A stretch of 39,648 nucleotides of DNA from positions 41,293,415 to 41,333,062 of the forward strand of contig NC_068990.1 of the NCBI RefSeq assembly GCF_001194135.2, given 5' to 3'. This DNA comes from Octopus bimaculoides (Eukaryota). The position numbers were made by a program, and so were the translations under genes. The notes beneath the pieces are model-generated. The model was not told the origin of the DNA. It ran no database searches and saw only the letters and a program-made list of their open reading frames with translations. This document shows positions 21,226 through 32,629 of the stretch, one piece after another (the first letter of the stretch is position 1; each line of letters begins with the position of its first letter).

Positions 21226-22757
21226 CAGGATGTCCCAAAAAAGTATATACACACTTTAAATAATTGTAAAGTAGGTGTTTATTAAAATACATTTCATTTT
21301 CAAAATTTAATAGAATGTACAAACATAATTTTATTGTTTTGTCAGCGCCTGTTTTCAAACTGACGTCCTTTCTGGTCCAGACACTGCTGACAAGTCGAAA
21401 CGATGTAATCGCAAGCATCATGAAACAATTCGTTTGGTATTTGTGTGCATTTTCGTTCAATGGCCGTTCTCAAATCAGCGACTGTTGCAGGTTTCATAAC
21501 GTAGACTTTGTCTTTTAGGTATCCCCATAAAAATGTCTGTGGAGGCGCGTGGCCTAGTGGTTAGGGTGTCAGCACCATGATCGTAAGATTGTGGTTTCGA
21601 TTTCTGGACCGGGCGACGCGTTGAGTTCTTAAGCAAAATACTTAATTTCACGTTGCTCCAGTCCACTCAGCTGGCAAAAATGAGTAATGCTGCGATGGAC
21701 TGGCGTCCCGTCCAGCCGGGGAATACATACGCCATTGAAACCGGGAAACCGGGCCCATGAGCCTGGCTAGGCTTTAAAAGTGCGCATTTATTTATTGTAA
21801 AAATGTCTCATGGTGTGAGGTCTGGTGAACGCGGAGGGTATTCAACGAAACCCCTTCGTCCAATCCACCTGTATGGCAAGATCTCATCAAGGAAGGATCT
21901 ATCATCATGATGGTAGTGTGGGGGTGCCCCATCTTGCTGAAAATAAAATTCCTTATCTTCAATGTCTTCTCTAATGCTTGGCATGACAGACTTTTGCAGC
22001 AAGTTCAAGTAAACGGGACCAGTCACAGTAGTGTCAGAAAAGAATGGTCCAATTAATCCTCTTGATGATAAGCCATACCACACTGTAACTCTTGGTAAAT
22101 TAACATGGTGTTCCACCATAACATGTAGATTCTCAGGTCCCCAGTTGGTGTAATTGTGGCAGTTAATTGAACCACTTAATTTGAATATGGCTTCATCACT
22201 GCACACAATCTTTGTTGGAAAGTGTGCATCTACACATCGTGCCAAGTACCACACGTAATACTGCATTCTTCAGTCTGAATCATTGTCATTTATAGCATGG
22301 ACTACTCTTGGAACATAACTTTTCCATTGACAACTTTTCAAAATGCGTTAGACAGACAATTTTGAAATACCTACATCACGACTCGCTTACCGCACAGATT
22401 TTCTTGGACTTTGGTGATACGTTTCCAGCACTCCTTCTTGCTTTGTAGGCGTTGTTGATGTTCGTGGTCTTCCAGAATGTTTCTCATGGACATTCTGAGC
22501 AGTTCCATTGGCTTCAAATTTATCTCTAATTCGAGTGATGATAAGTTGTGTTGGTGGATCTGTTTGAAACTTCCTCCTAAACTGTCTTTGCACTTCAACT
22601 GCGTTTTCACACTTCTAGTAGCACTTTAGAACGAATTTTCTTTGTTCAAAGTTTAGTCCGACCGCCTTCATTGATCCCAGTGAGTTTAATCTGGAGAGAA
22701 AAAGCATCAATTGAGTTATCAGCTGCTAAAGCGTGTATACTTTTTTGGGACATCCTG
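21226..22757 (-). mobile_element. Tc1/mariner DD41D (rosa/Visitor-type) transposon, full-length pseudogene interrupted by a SINE
   Basis: TIRs caggatgtcccaaaaaagtata(t)acac at both ends; translation QRQFRRKF...SGRPRT...CSDEAIF...FQQDGAPPH...[10 protein letters not shown] has 41 residues between the second and third D; the C-terminus WGYLKDKVY continues beyond the SINE. Confidence 0.93.
21539..21797 (+). mobile_element. SINE family 2 (tRNA head plus CORE-like body), intact, 11-bp TSD
   Basis: A-box tggcctagtgg, B-box-like ggtttcgatttc, CORE-like aagcaaaatacttaatttcacgttgctccagtccactcagctggcaaaaatgagta, (ATTT)n tail, TSD taaaaatgtct at 21528-38 and 21798-808. Confidence 0.9.
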
Positions 22758-22759
22758 TG

Positions 22760-22821
<62 letters not shown>

Positions 22822-23894
22822 TGTGTGTATGCAAGCAGACATACACACGCATATACGCACATACGCGCGCCCTTCCACCACCAGTCACATATATATTAGA
22901 AACAAATTATTGATATTTCTTCTTGATTACAATCGTTTCAATGATCTCATTAAAAAAATTAAAATCAATTANNNNNNNNNNNNNNNNNNNNNNNNNNNNN
23001 NNNNNNNNNNNNNNNNNNNNNNNNNNNNNNNNNNNNNNNNNNNNNNNNNNNNNNNNNNNNNNNNNNNNNNNNNNNNNNNNNNNNNNNNNNNNNNNNNNNN
23101 NNNNNNNNNNNNNNNNNNNNNNNNNNNNNNNNNNNNNNNNNNNNNNNNNNNNNNNNNNNNNNNNNNNNNNNNNNNNNNNNNNNNNNNNNNNNNNNNNNNN
23201 NNNNNNNNNNNNNNNNNNNNNNNNNNNNNNNNNNNNNNNNNNNNNNNNNNNNNNNNNNNNNNNNNNNNNNNNNNNNNNNNNNNNNNNNNNNNNNNNNNNN
23301 NNNNNNNNNNNNNNNNNNNNNNNNNNNNNNNNNNNNNNNNNNNNNNNNNNNNNNNNNNNNNNNNNNNNNNNNNNNNNNNNNNNNNNNNNNNNNNNNNNNN
23401 NNNNNNNNNNNNNNNNNNNNNNNNNNNNNNNNNNNNNNNNNNNNNNNNNNNNNNNNNNNNNNNNNNNNNNNNNNNNNNNNNNNNNNNNNNNNNNNNNNNN
23501 NNNNNNNNNNNNNNNNNNNNNNNNNNNNNNNNNNNNNNNNNNNNNNNNNNNNNNNNNNNNNNNNNNNNNNNNNNNNNNNNNNNNNNNNNNNNNNNNNNNN
23601 NNNNNNNNNNNNNNNNNNNNNNNNNNNNNNNNNNNNNNNNNNNNNNNNNNNNNNNNNNNNNNNNNNNNNNNNNNNNNNNNNNNNNNNNNNNNNNNNNNNN
23701 NNNNNNNNNNNNNNNNNNNNNNNNNNNNNNNNNNNNNNNNNNNNNNNNNNNNNNNNNNNNNNNNNNNNNNNNNNNNNNNNNNNNNNNNNNNNNNNNNNNN
23801 NNNNNNNNNNNNNNNNNNNNNNNNNNNNNNNNNNNNNNNNNNNNNNNNNNNNNNNNNNNNNNNNNNNNNNNNNNNNNNNNNNNNNNNNNNNNNN

Positions 23895-23946
<52 letters not shown>

Positions 23947-24074
23947 GTAAGTTTACAATAGAACTGCTCCCTGTCACCACCGCCATCAGCACCACCAGCA
24001 TCACCACCATTACCCACAACAGTACTGAATGTTCCACATTTCTTTTTAGTTCAACTTAAAGAGAAATTACCAGT

Positions 24075-24252
24075 AATTATGCAAATTACTTCTCATTATA
24101 TGAGTTGGTACAAATGTCTTTATTTTTCAGCAGTTTTATTATTATCATTGTTGTTGTTGTTGTTGCTGTTGTTTCTGTTGTTGTTGTTGGCACTATTATT
24201 GTTGTTTTCTTGTAGTTGTCATTGTTATTATTAATATTATTATTGTTGTTGT
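24075..24252. repeat. (TTG)n/(TTA)n low-complexity tract
   Basis: Direct reading. Confidence 0.8.
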
Positions 24253-24428
24253 TTCAAATATAGGACATTTAACAAAAATACGAAAGATATAAATTTCCTG
24301 ACAGAACACTACCAAGCGGCGCCAAGTACTACAACTGATAGTATAGTCACGTGACCATGAAACGACCTGTTTGTAAGAAGCTAATCGGCAGATCTATCTA
24401 GTCTGAAAAGTTGATCAAGTTTCAAAAT

Positions 24429-24562
24429 CTTAGCGGTTCGGCAAAAGACACCGATAGAATAACTACTATTTATTCTTACAAAGCTCTGGGGTCGATTTGC
24501 TCGACTATAAAGGCGGTGCTCCAGCATGGCCGCAGTCAATTGACTGAAACAAGTAAAAGAGT
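24429..24562 (+). mobile_element. SINE family 1, 3' fragment
   Basis: cttagcggttcggcaaaaga...ggcggtgctccagcatggccgcagtc...gaaacaagtaaaagagt. Confidence 0.9.
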
Positions 24563-24749
24563 ATATATATATATATATATATTGTTTGTTTGTTTTTTCC
24601 TTTGTTTGTTATTTGGTAGTGGCTGTGGTGGTGGAGTTGATTTCGAGTCCTGCCATAGTTGAACTCACTTGAGTTAAAACACTCTTTCGAATCTGCTAAA
24701 AGAGCTAATTAACATTAATTTATTGAAGAAATTTAAAACTAATTACAAG

Positions 24750-25432
24750 GGGAGAGAATTAAGAAGAATTGACAGCTGGATCATACGCATCGCTTGAGGT
24801 GCTGTCGAAAGGAGCGGAGATAATTTTAAAATTCATTACGTCATCATTTAATTCAAAATATGGGCTTTAGTTTAAAGAGCAATTTAAATTATATATTTAA
24901 TTAATGTATAATTTAAATGGCATAGATATGCTTGAAGAAATTTCAGCACAACGAATCAGTTACAGGGTTGTTTCTGGCCGAATTAGAATGGTGTTGCTAC
25001 AACAATCTTATCACGGAAATTGACAAGGGCCATCAGAGTAGAGTTAAATAATTATGGAAAATAAAGGAAGACTTGCTCTGCTCTACAGGAAAACTAAATA
25101 GTATTGAGAAGAATAATTATAGCTTAATTACCAGTTCTGGTTACAAAGGATTTTGTGAAGAAACTTTTGCCGGGATTTTAATTAACTAAAATTAATTATG
25201 AAAAGCATGTGGCAAGTAAGTATGACCTTGGTAGTGGAATAACAACTTCAGATATGTTCCTCTCTTGTTAGACCTTCTCAGCAAAGTGTAGTCTATACCA
25301 ATAGCAAAGATAACTTTAAAAATATCTTAAGATATGTTGGAAACTGAACATTAGATAACGTAATATCTAATATCGGAGAAGATACTCAGGTTCCCATTCT
25401 GTATCAATTTGAAATAGTAAACTCCCTGCTAA
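24750..25432 (+). mobile_element. Highly decayed Penelope-like element (RT end to GIY-YIG)
   Basis: Collinear fragments in shifting frames: AVERSGDNFK, GVATTILSRKLTRAIR, KNNYSLITSSGYKGFCEET, KDNFKNIL and INLK, in the order expected for a PLE. Confidence 0.4.
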
Positions 25433-25447
25433 TATTATATAGAGATC

Positions 25448-25667
25448 GTAAGGTTGGGAACTGGCAGAAACGCCAACACGCTGGGCAAAATGTTTAGTTG
25501 CATTTCGTTTGTCTTAAAGTTCTGAGTTCAAATTACACCGCGGTTGACTTTGCCTTTCATCCTTTTGGGGGTCGATAAAATAGATACCAATTGAGCACTG
25601 GGGTATATTTAATCGATTTAGCACCTTCCCACAAAATTGCTGGCCTTGTGCCAAAATTGTAAACCAG
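25448..25667 (+). mobile_element. SINE family 3 (tRNA-like head), perfect 15-bp TSD
   Basis: ctggcagaaacg...gttctgagttcaaatt...gactttgcctttcatcc...ggggtcgataaa; TSD tattatatagagatc at 25433-47 and 25668-82. Confidence 0.88.
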
Positions 25668-26146
25668 TATTATATAGAGATCCAAGAAATTGTCTCTTCT
25701 TCTCTGAAGAAGTATGATAAAACTGAAACATATCTAGATTTGTCTTCATGTGTCCAAAATAACTCATGCACCACAATACCTATATTTTATTCTTAATTAA
25801 TATTAATTAAAACGTCAGCCTTCCCCCGTCTTCCCTGATAAACTAAAAATAAATTTTAAAAAACTGATCTATAAGTTAGTGCTTACTTCTCTCTACGAGC
25901 GTAATATTAATTAAAATTTATTGATTCACTCCGTTAAGTATTTTGGCATCGATTTTATCATCTTTTATAGGTTTAGATCAATGGTAGAAGCGATATTTCG
26001 TGAGGTTTCTCTAAAAGCTTTGAGTTAATTCTGTGATGGACCGCCTACCAATCCAGGAGAAAAGATAATTTCAGCAGGGTACTGTCGCAATAGGAAACAT
26101 TACGGCACACTGTGACGTATAGTATACTTTAGTAAGTCACTCGACC

Positions 26147-26335
26147 TATTACAATCAGTGACAAAATCTTACTAAAAAATTACTGTCTTGCTAAATGAAG
26201 GAGAGATTGGACATTAAATGATCCAGAAAATTTTTATCTCTGGAAACAAAGGTGTGGACGACTGTCACTGTAAGAACGCCTTTGATCAGAGATCTCGCTT
26301 AGAACATCTTGGACAAAAGAAGAATGGTAGCTGCA
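26147..26335 (+). repeat. Dispersed repeat family D, diverged copy
   Basis: gtcactcgacctattacaatcagtgacaaaatc...aacgcctttgatca resembles 6355-6430 and 19890-20012. Confidence 0.45.
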
Positions 26336-26483
26336 ACAAGAGTAACAACAACAACATTCTGTTAATGGGTGGTGTACAAAAATAAGAACAGAGACAATAT
26401 TTCGTGTTTGTTCATTCCTTTCATTGAAATATTGCTGCTGTATCTAAATTAGTTATTAGTCTTCAATACAATATAACTTATAT

Positions 26484-27102
26484 CAGGGCTGTCGCCAAGC
26501 CCCTGCAACGTCGCAGAGGACCTCCGCGATTGAAGGGCCCCATGTTAAGATCAAAGTACGTAGATGAGTCATCTATTTACTTTGGTTAAGGTGTTGAGCA
26601 AGAATTAAACTATGTTAACTGAAAATTTCAAGAAATAAAATAGTGATACATTGAACTTGCAAAAGTTCTTGTAAAAGTACTACATTGTACCACGAACGTG
26701 TACCAGACTTTGTTGATTGTCTATGATATCTACTGAACACGAACTTAGCTCTCAACTTGATTATTCTAAACTGATCGATGATTTCGCGCAGCGAAAAGTG
26801 CGCCGTGTTTGTCATTGAAAGTTGCCTGGATTATCAAAGAGCTCATATATTTATATCTGGAAGTTTTACTTATTGAAATTTGTAATAGGCCTAAATAGGC
26901 ACATAAAGAAAATGACTCTCCCCAGACACAACAGAATAAATGTAACTTGTACTTTTAAAGATGTTCTTATTGAATTTCAGATAGACTAAAGTAATATATA
27001 GCTATGAGTAGAAGGTGTGTAGATTATGAATTTTGATTCAAGGGATGGGGCCTCGAAACAAAAAATTGCAGTGGGGCCTCTAGAAGTCACGCGACGGAGC
27101 TG
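26484..27102 (+). mobile_element. hAT-family non-autonomous relic with transposase C-terminal fragment
   Basis: Imperfect TIRs cagggctgtcgc and gcgacggagctg; degenerate 8-bp TSD acttatat/actgaaat (6/8); internal EHELSSQLDYSKLIDDFAQRKVRRV resembles the end of the hAT dimerisation domain. Confidence 0.75.
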
Positions 27103-27224
27103 ACTGAAATGCTATCACTACAACTAAAGTTTTACATAGAAAGGCAAGACGTAGAAAATGGTAGAACTATTAGTTAGGTAACTAGTTAATTAGTTTAGTT
27201 TAGTTAGTTGGCTAGTTATTTAGT

Positions 27225-27442
27225 TAGTTATTTAGTTGATTGATAGATGGGTGGGTAGATAGGTGGAAAGAGAGAGAGAGAGAAACAGCCAGACAGACAA
27301 ACACACGGACAGACAGACAGGGCGAGATGGATAGCTGATAGTTGAGTAGGTAGGCTGATAGATAGACAGGTACCCATAGACATAAATGCGTTTATATATG
27401 AGATAGTAGTGAGATAGATAGGCTGATGTATTACAAAGACTC

Positions 27443-27476
<34 letters not shown>

Positions 27477-27648
27477 GGACAGGCAAACAGACAGAGACAG
27501 ATGGATAGCTGATAGTTGAGTAGGCAGACTGATAGATAGTTAGACAGACAGACAGACAGACAGACAGGCAGGTGTCCATAGACATAAATAGGTTTATATA
27601 TAAGTGAGTTAGTAGTGAGATAGATAGGCTGAAGTGTTACAAACACTC

Positions 27649-27706
<58 letters not shown>

Positions 27707-27815
27707 TGAGGTGTAGATAGAAACGCAGGTAAAATGGTGGCTAGTTGAGCATAAAACTGATATATAGAAGGTAATTTGAAATGCAACAATATGGATAACT
27801 TATATACATACTTAG

Positions 27816-27890
<75 letters not shown>

Positions 27891-27905
27891 CAGAGAGACA
27901 GAGAT
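27225..27905. repeat. (GACA)n/(GATA)n/(GA)n satellite containing two imperfect tandem units of about 175 bp
   Basis: gatggatagctgatagttgagtagg...catagacataaat...tagtgagatagataggctga occurs at about 27325 and 27500. Confidence 0.85.
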
Positions 27906-28374
27906 GAAAATATAAAGATGTACAGATATATATATACTCAATTTACTACAAGAAGAGTAAATATCACCAGTCTTAGGGGCAATGCATTTGATGGGCAGTA
28001 ACAATAACGCAAAATATTTTGGGCATGATTAGCACATAATCAAGCCTAAAAATCCAAATGCTACTTTCACTAAGGTTTTTCAGCATAACAACGAATAAAC
28101 ATTACAAATGGAACTTTCCCAAACAAATTTTCTGCACTTATTTACATCCATTGTATATCTGTGCACTCTGATGATAGTTAGAGTTATGGTCATTATGTGT
28201 TTATGTAATGCACATATGCACACGTACGCATTTGCACAAACACACAGACGTATGTGAGGGCATGTATGTTTTTGTGTGAGGGTGAGAGAACCTACTTATA
28301 GATGAAATGGTGATAGTAAGCGCATTATTGATAGTATGCGCATAAAGTTATAAGAATAAGTTTTAGAACTATCC

Positions 28375-28380
<6 letters not shown>

Positions 28381-28426
<46 letters not shown>

Positions 28427-28558
28427 ACACGCTCGCACACACACACATCCGCAACACACATACACATGTCTATGGTATGTATTAGATGTATATTTCAATA
28501 CGTGTACTTTTATGCATGAGTATATATATATATGGATATGCATATATACATATGTGTG

Positions 28559-28593
<35 letters not shown>

Positions 28594-28612
28594 GTGTTCG
28601 TGTGTGTGTGTG
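28381..28612. repeat. (CA)n and (TG)n microsatellites
   Basis: Direct reading. Confidence 0.9.
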
Positions 28613-29920
28613 TTTCCATCTCACATTATTACTAGAAATTGCTTTTTCTTTTTTCCTCTGTTCATTATCCATTTGTAGTGGCCACAAGCTATTCAGCTGT
28701 ATTTTTCACCACCAATATCATTATTTCACCCTCAGACTCTTTCTTATATAACAAAAATATTTTCCTTCTTTTTAACATAAAACATATTCATAGCTTTTCT
28801 ACTTTTACCTACCACTCCACTGCCATGGTGATGATGATCATGATCAACACCATCATCACCATCAACACCGTTGTCGTCGTCGTCTTCGTCAAATCCGTAT
28901 GCGGTAGAAGCTGCTGTAACAGTTGATGTGTAGTTAATGTGGACGTCGTTGTCCTTCCTTTCCCTCCTTCTACTTCACCTCTCCTTCCTCGTCATTATCA
29001 TCCACCATACCACCACCGCCACCATCACCACCACCACCACCATCATCATCACCGTCATCATGGCCATGAAGCTATCCTGTTGTCTGTCTGATCTGGGACG
29101 ATGGTTCATACACTTATAGGAGATGATTTTATCAGGAGTGCTACAGTGGAACGACAGTAGACTGGCTAACTCTGAAGAACAGGGTCCCTTGTAGAAGTTC
29201 TCCCCCAACTCCAACTCCTACTTATTACTGATTCTTTCGTCAGTATACAGCCAACTATTGTTGCTAAATTATAGTCTTATAGAAGAAAAAACTTGTTGTC
29301 GACTCAAAGGGAGGAAACCGAAAACTAATCCCCGGGTTTTTGTCCTTCAACTCCCGTTATCAGCCAAAATTAACAATAATACTTTATCATATTCGGATGT
29401 GTCGATAATTTTCTAGAAGCGGAATGTAATCAATGATCTCCAGTAATGCCATTTGAGTAATCTCTGCATTAATAAACGAGGAAAGGCAGTAGATAATACA
29501 GATTGAAGCACACATTGAACACGTAACGTTAAAGAATGTATTTTAAATATCACATCATTTTGTTTCGCTACTATATCGTCTCTGCCAGGAAACCAAATGA
29601 CAACAAGAGTAGACAATAGTACGCTAGTTAAAACAAAATAATGAAAAGATCGTCGACTATTATAGCTTTGTTAGATTCCAGGTGAAGCATTTTGCTGAAA
29701 ATTGCTGAGGCGCAGACATGGCAGTGGGCAAGAAAGCATTAATAAAGCTACAAGCCGACCAGTGCCTTGTAAGTGGAATTTGGTGATTGGAAATTGTGTA
29801 GAAGCCTGTCACATATACAACCACGTACACACGCGTGTGCGCACACTTACACACACACAAACATATACATACATACATAAATACATACATACATCTATAT
29901 AAGTATGTATATATTTCTAT

Positions 29921-30088
29921 ATAGGCGTAGGAGTGGCTGTGTGGTAAGTAGCTTGCTTACGAACCACATGGTTCCGGGTTCAGTCCCACTGCGTGGCACC
30001 TTGGGCAAGTGTCTTCTACTATAGCCTCGGGCCGACAAAAGCCTTGTGAATGGATTTGGTAGACGGAAACTGAAAGAAGCCCGTCGTA

Positions 30089-30163
<75 letters not shown>

Positions 30164-30385
30164 ATGTTTGTGTGTCTGTGTTAGTCCCCCCCTCAACATC
30201 GCTTGACAACCGATGCTGGTGTGTTTACGTCCCCGTAAGTTAGGGGTTCGGCAAAAGAGACCGATAGAATAAAGTATTAGGCTTTACAAAAAATAAGTCC
30301 TGGGGTCGATTTGCTCGACTAAAGGCGGTGCGGCAGCATGGCCGCAGTCAAATGACTGAAACAAGTAAAAGAAAAAAAAGGAAAA
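29921..30385 (+). mobile_element. SINE family 1, full length
   Basis: Head ataggcgtaggagtggctg, long (TA)n core, tail gactgaaacaagtaaaaga. Confidence 0.96.
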
Positions 30386-30399
30386 AAATATGTCTGTCT

Positions 30400-30610
30400 G
30401 TATTTTTGTTGGTGTTTATCTCCTCTCACCGCTTGACAACAAATGCTCCTTTGATTACGCTACAGTAACATAGTAGCTCAGCAAGAGACCAGTAAAATTA
30501 GTACCAGACATTAAAATATTCTCATGAGTCGATGTGTTCGACTTGAAATTTTCAAGTTTGTGGCCCTCGATAGCTGCAGTCCAAAATGTGAAACAAGCAA
30601 AAGATAAATG
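30400..30610 (+). mobile_element. SINE family 1, old 3' half
   Basis: ccgcttgacaac...gagacc...agtaccag...gtcgatgtgttcgact...tgtgaaacaagcaaaaga. Confidence 0.6.
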
Positions 30611-30769
30611 AAGATATTCTCATCACCATTACCACCATGTATGATGGTATGCTTGATTCTACCAGAGTCTAAGAGACTTCAGACTTCCTCTGCAGTAGAA
30701 TAGAAGTGGATTGCATTATTATTGTTGTATAGATCCATATCAATCCTCAGTGCGTACACCTAAAGTTGA

Positions 30770-30868
30770 AGTAGACCTTGAAGAGATTTGAACTCAGAGT
30801 AGAAAGAACTGAATCAAATACTTTAAACCGTATAACCAACACTTTAACGGTTCTGTTAATTGTCTGTC
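30770..30868 (-). mobile_element. SINE family 3, degenerate head fragment
   Basis: atttgaactcagagtagaaaga is the reverse complement of the ttctgagttcaaat B-box region. Confidence 0.45.
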
Positions 30869-31115
30869 CTGGCAATATTTTAGGCATTTCAATTCTATAT
30901 TTCTTAGAAGAACTGCTTCCTTCGATATAGATATGCATATACACACTCACACACATAGATGTACACACATTATATGAATGAGTATGTGTGAAAGGACAAA
31001 TCTTGCAATAATTATTTAGTTCACTTTCAATTTTGTATCCAAATCCCGCTCAAGTTTTGCTCAAGTCTCGCCCAAGTCCGTTTTGCATGCTACTCTCGAT
31101 TAATATTGTTTTAAT

Positions 31116-31315
31116 CTTTTACTTGTTTCAGTCATTAGACTGTGGCTATGGTGGAGTACCACCTTGGAGAATTTTTTAGTCGAATTAATCGACTCCAGTT
31201 CATAGACTTTTAAGCCTGGTACTTACGGTGTCGGTTTCTTTTAACAAGAGAGCTCAGTTACGGGAACGTAAATACACCAGAACCGGTTGTGAAATGGTGG
31301 AGGAGGATACACACA
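31116..31315 (-). mobile_element. SINE family 1, old 3' half
   Basis: tcttttacttgtttcagtcattagactgtggc...ttagtcgaattaatcgac...acgtaaatacacc. Confidence 0.8.
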
Positions 31316-31546
31316 CGAAATGAAAACGTTCGACGTTCAAAAAGCACCAGAGTCAACTTAATAGACTAAAAGGCCTTGGTAAGGCATACTGCAGAAAAGA
31401 AACTGGTGAAATTGTAGAAAAATATTTCTGCCTACTCACATTTATACATTTACATATAGATATCTATCTAGTTGTCTGTCTGTGTCTCTGTCTGTCTATC
31501 TCTTTCTCTCTCTCACACTCTCTCTCTCTCTTTCTCTCTCTCTCTA

Positions 31547-31593
<47 letters not shown>

Positions 31594-32216
31594 NNNNNNN
31601 NNNNNNNNNNNNNNNNNNNNNNNNNNNNNNNNNNNNNNNNNNNNNNNNNNNNNNNNNNNNNNNNNNNNNNNNNNNNNNNNNNNNNNNNNNNNNNNNNNNN
31701 NNNNNNNNNNNNNNNNNNNNNNNNNNNNNNNNNNNNNNNNNNNNNNNNNNNNNNNNNNNNNNNNNNNNNNNNNNNNNNNNNNNNNNNNNNNNNNNNNNNN
31801 NNNNNNNNNNNNNNNNNNNNNNNNNNNNNNNNNNNNNNNNNNNNNNNNNNNNNNNNNNNNNNNNNNNNNNNNNNNNNNNNNNNNNNNNNNNNNNNNNNNN
31901 NNNNNNNNNNNNNNNNNNNNNNNNNNNNNNNNNNNNNNNNNNNNNNNNNNNNNNNNNNNNNNNNNNNNNNNNNNNNNNNNNNNNNNNNNNNNNNNNNNNN
32001 NNNNNNNNNNNNNNNNNNNNNNNNNNNNNNNNNNNNNNNNNNNNNNNNNNNNNNNNNNNNNNNNNNNNNNNAAAATAGATATACACTTTAAATTTCTTTC
32101 ATTTTAATACATTTACACTTATTTCAATTACATTAATTAAAGAATAAAAAGTTTTGAATGGTACAACAATGCACTATAATACAAAAAATGGATTATATAC
32201 CAGTTGTAATTTAGTT

Positions 32217-32275
32217 ATCCATAGTCCGATGATATTTCGGAATACAATTCCTTCTTCAGATCTTCTTAGATGGAT
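32217..32275 (-). ncRNA. Minimal type I hammerhead ribozyme candidate
   Basis: Minus strand AUCCAU-cuaagaa-GAU-CUGAAGA-A-GGAA-uugua-UUCC-GAA-AUAU-C-AUC-ggacu-AUGGAU; predicted cut 3' of position 32231. Confidence 0.6.
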
Positions 32276-32629
32276 TCTCTGCTATAATCGGTTTTCCAAC
32301 GGCTTTTCTTTTCTTTTTTTCGGAAGCGTCTCAAGAGTGGTCTCACAAAGCTCCTTCCAGAATTCCTCAGGAGAAGTGCGTGAGGTCGGCTATGTTTCAA
32401 TCTCGTGTGTTGGTACGTCTGTAGCGCTTCTTCTAAGTTATGTTATACGTGCAGCTTCTCTTTTTTTACCTCTTTTTTTTTTTGTTGTAAACACTACATG
32501 AGCATGTTATTAAGAATGAACCTACACACATCCAGATGTAGCTAAATAATATATTGATTACCAACCTCCAGCCTGTTGTTAATTTGGGGTCCTAGTCTGT
32601 GTATGAGTAAAGCTTCCTTAATTCTTAAA

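Noticed and set aside
21541-21612. tRNA gene candidates at SINE heads (also 7716, 18248, 25448, 29921, 32982)
   Set aside because: A/B-box-like motifs run straight into SINE bodies; no complete cloverleaf or terminator.
28850-29120. His/Pro/Gly-rich short ORFs
   Set aside because: Derived from CAC/CAT/GTC trinucleotide tracts with stops in all frames.
29192-29225. CUGAAGA plus the hairpin ACAGGG/CCUUGU
   Set aside because: Followed by AGAAG rather than GAAA; no stem III or cleavage triplet.
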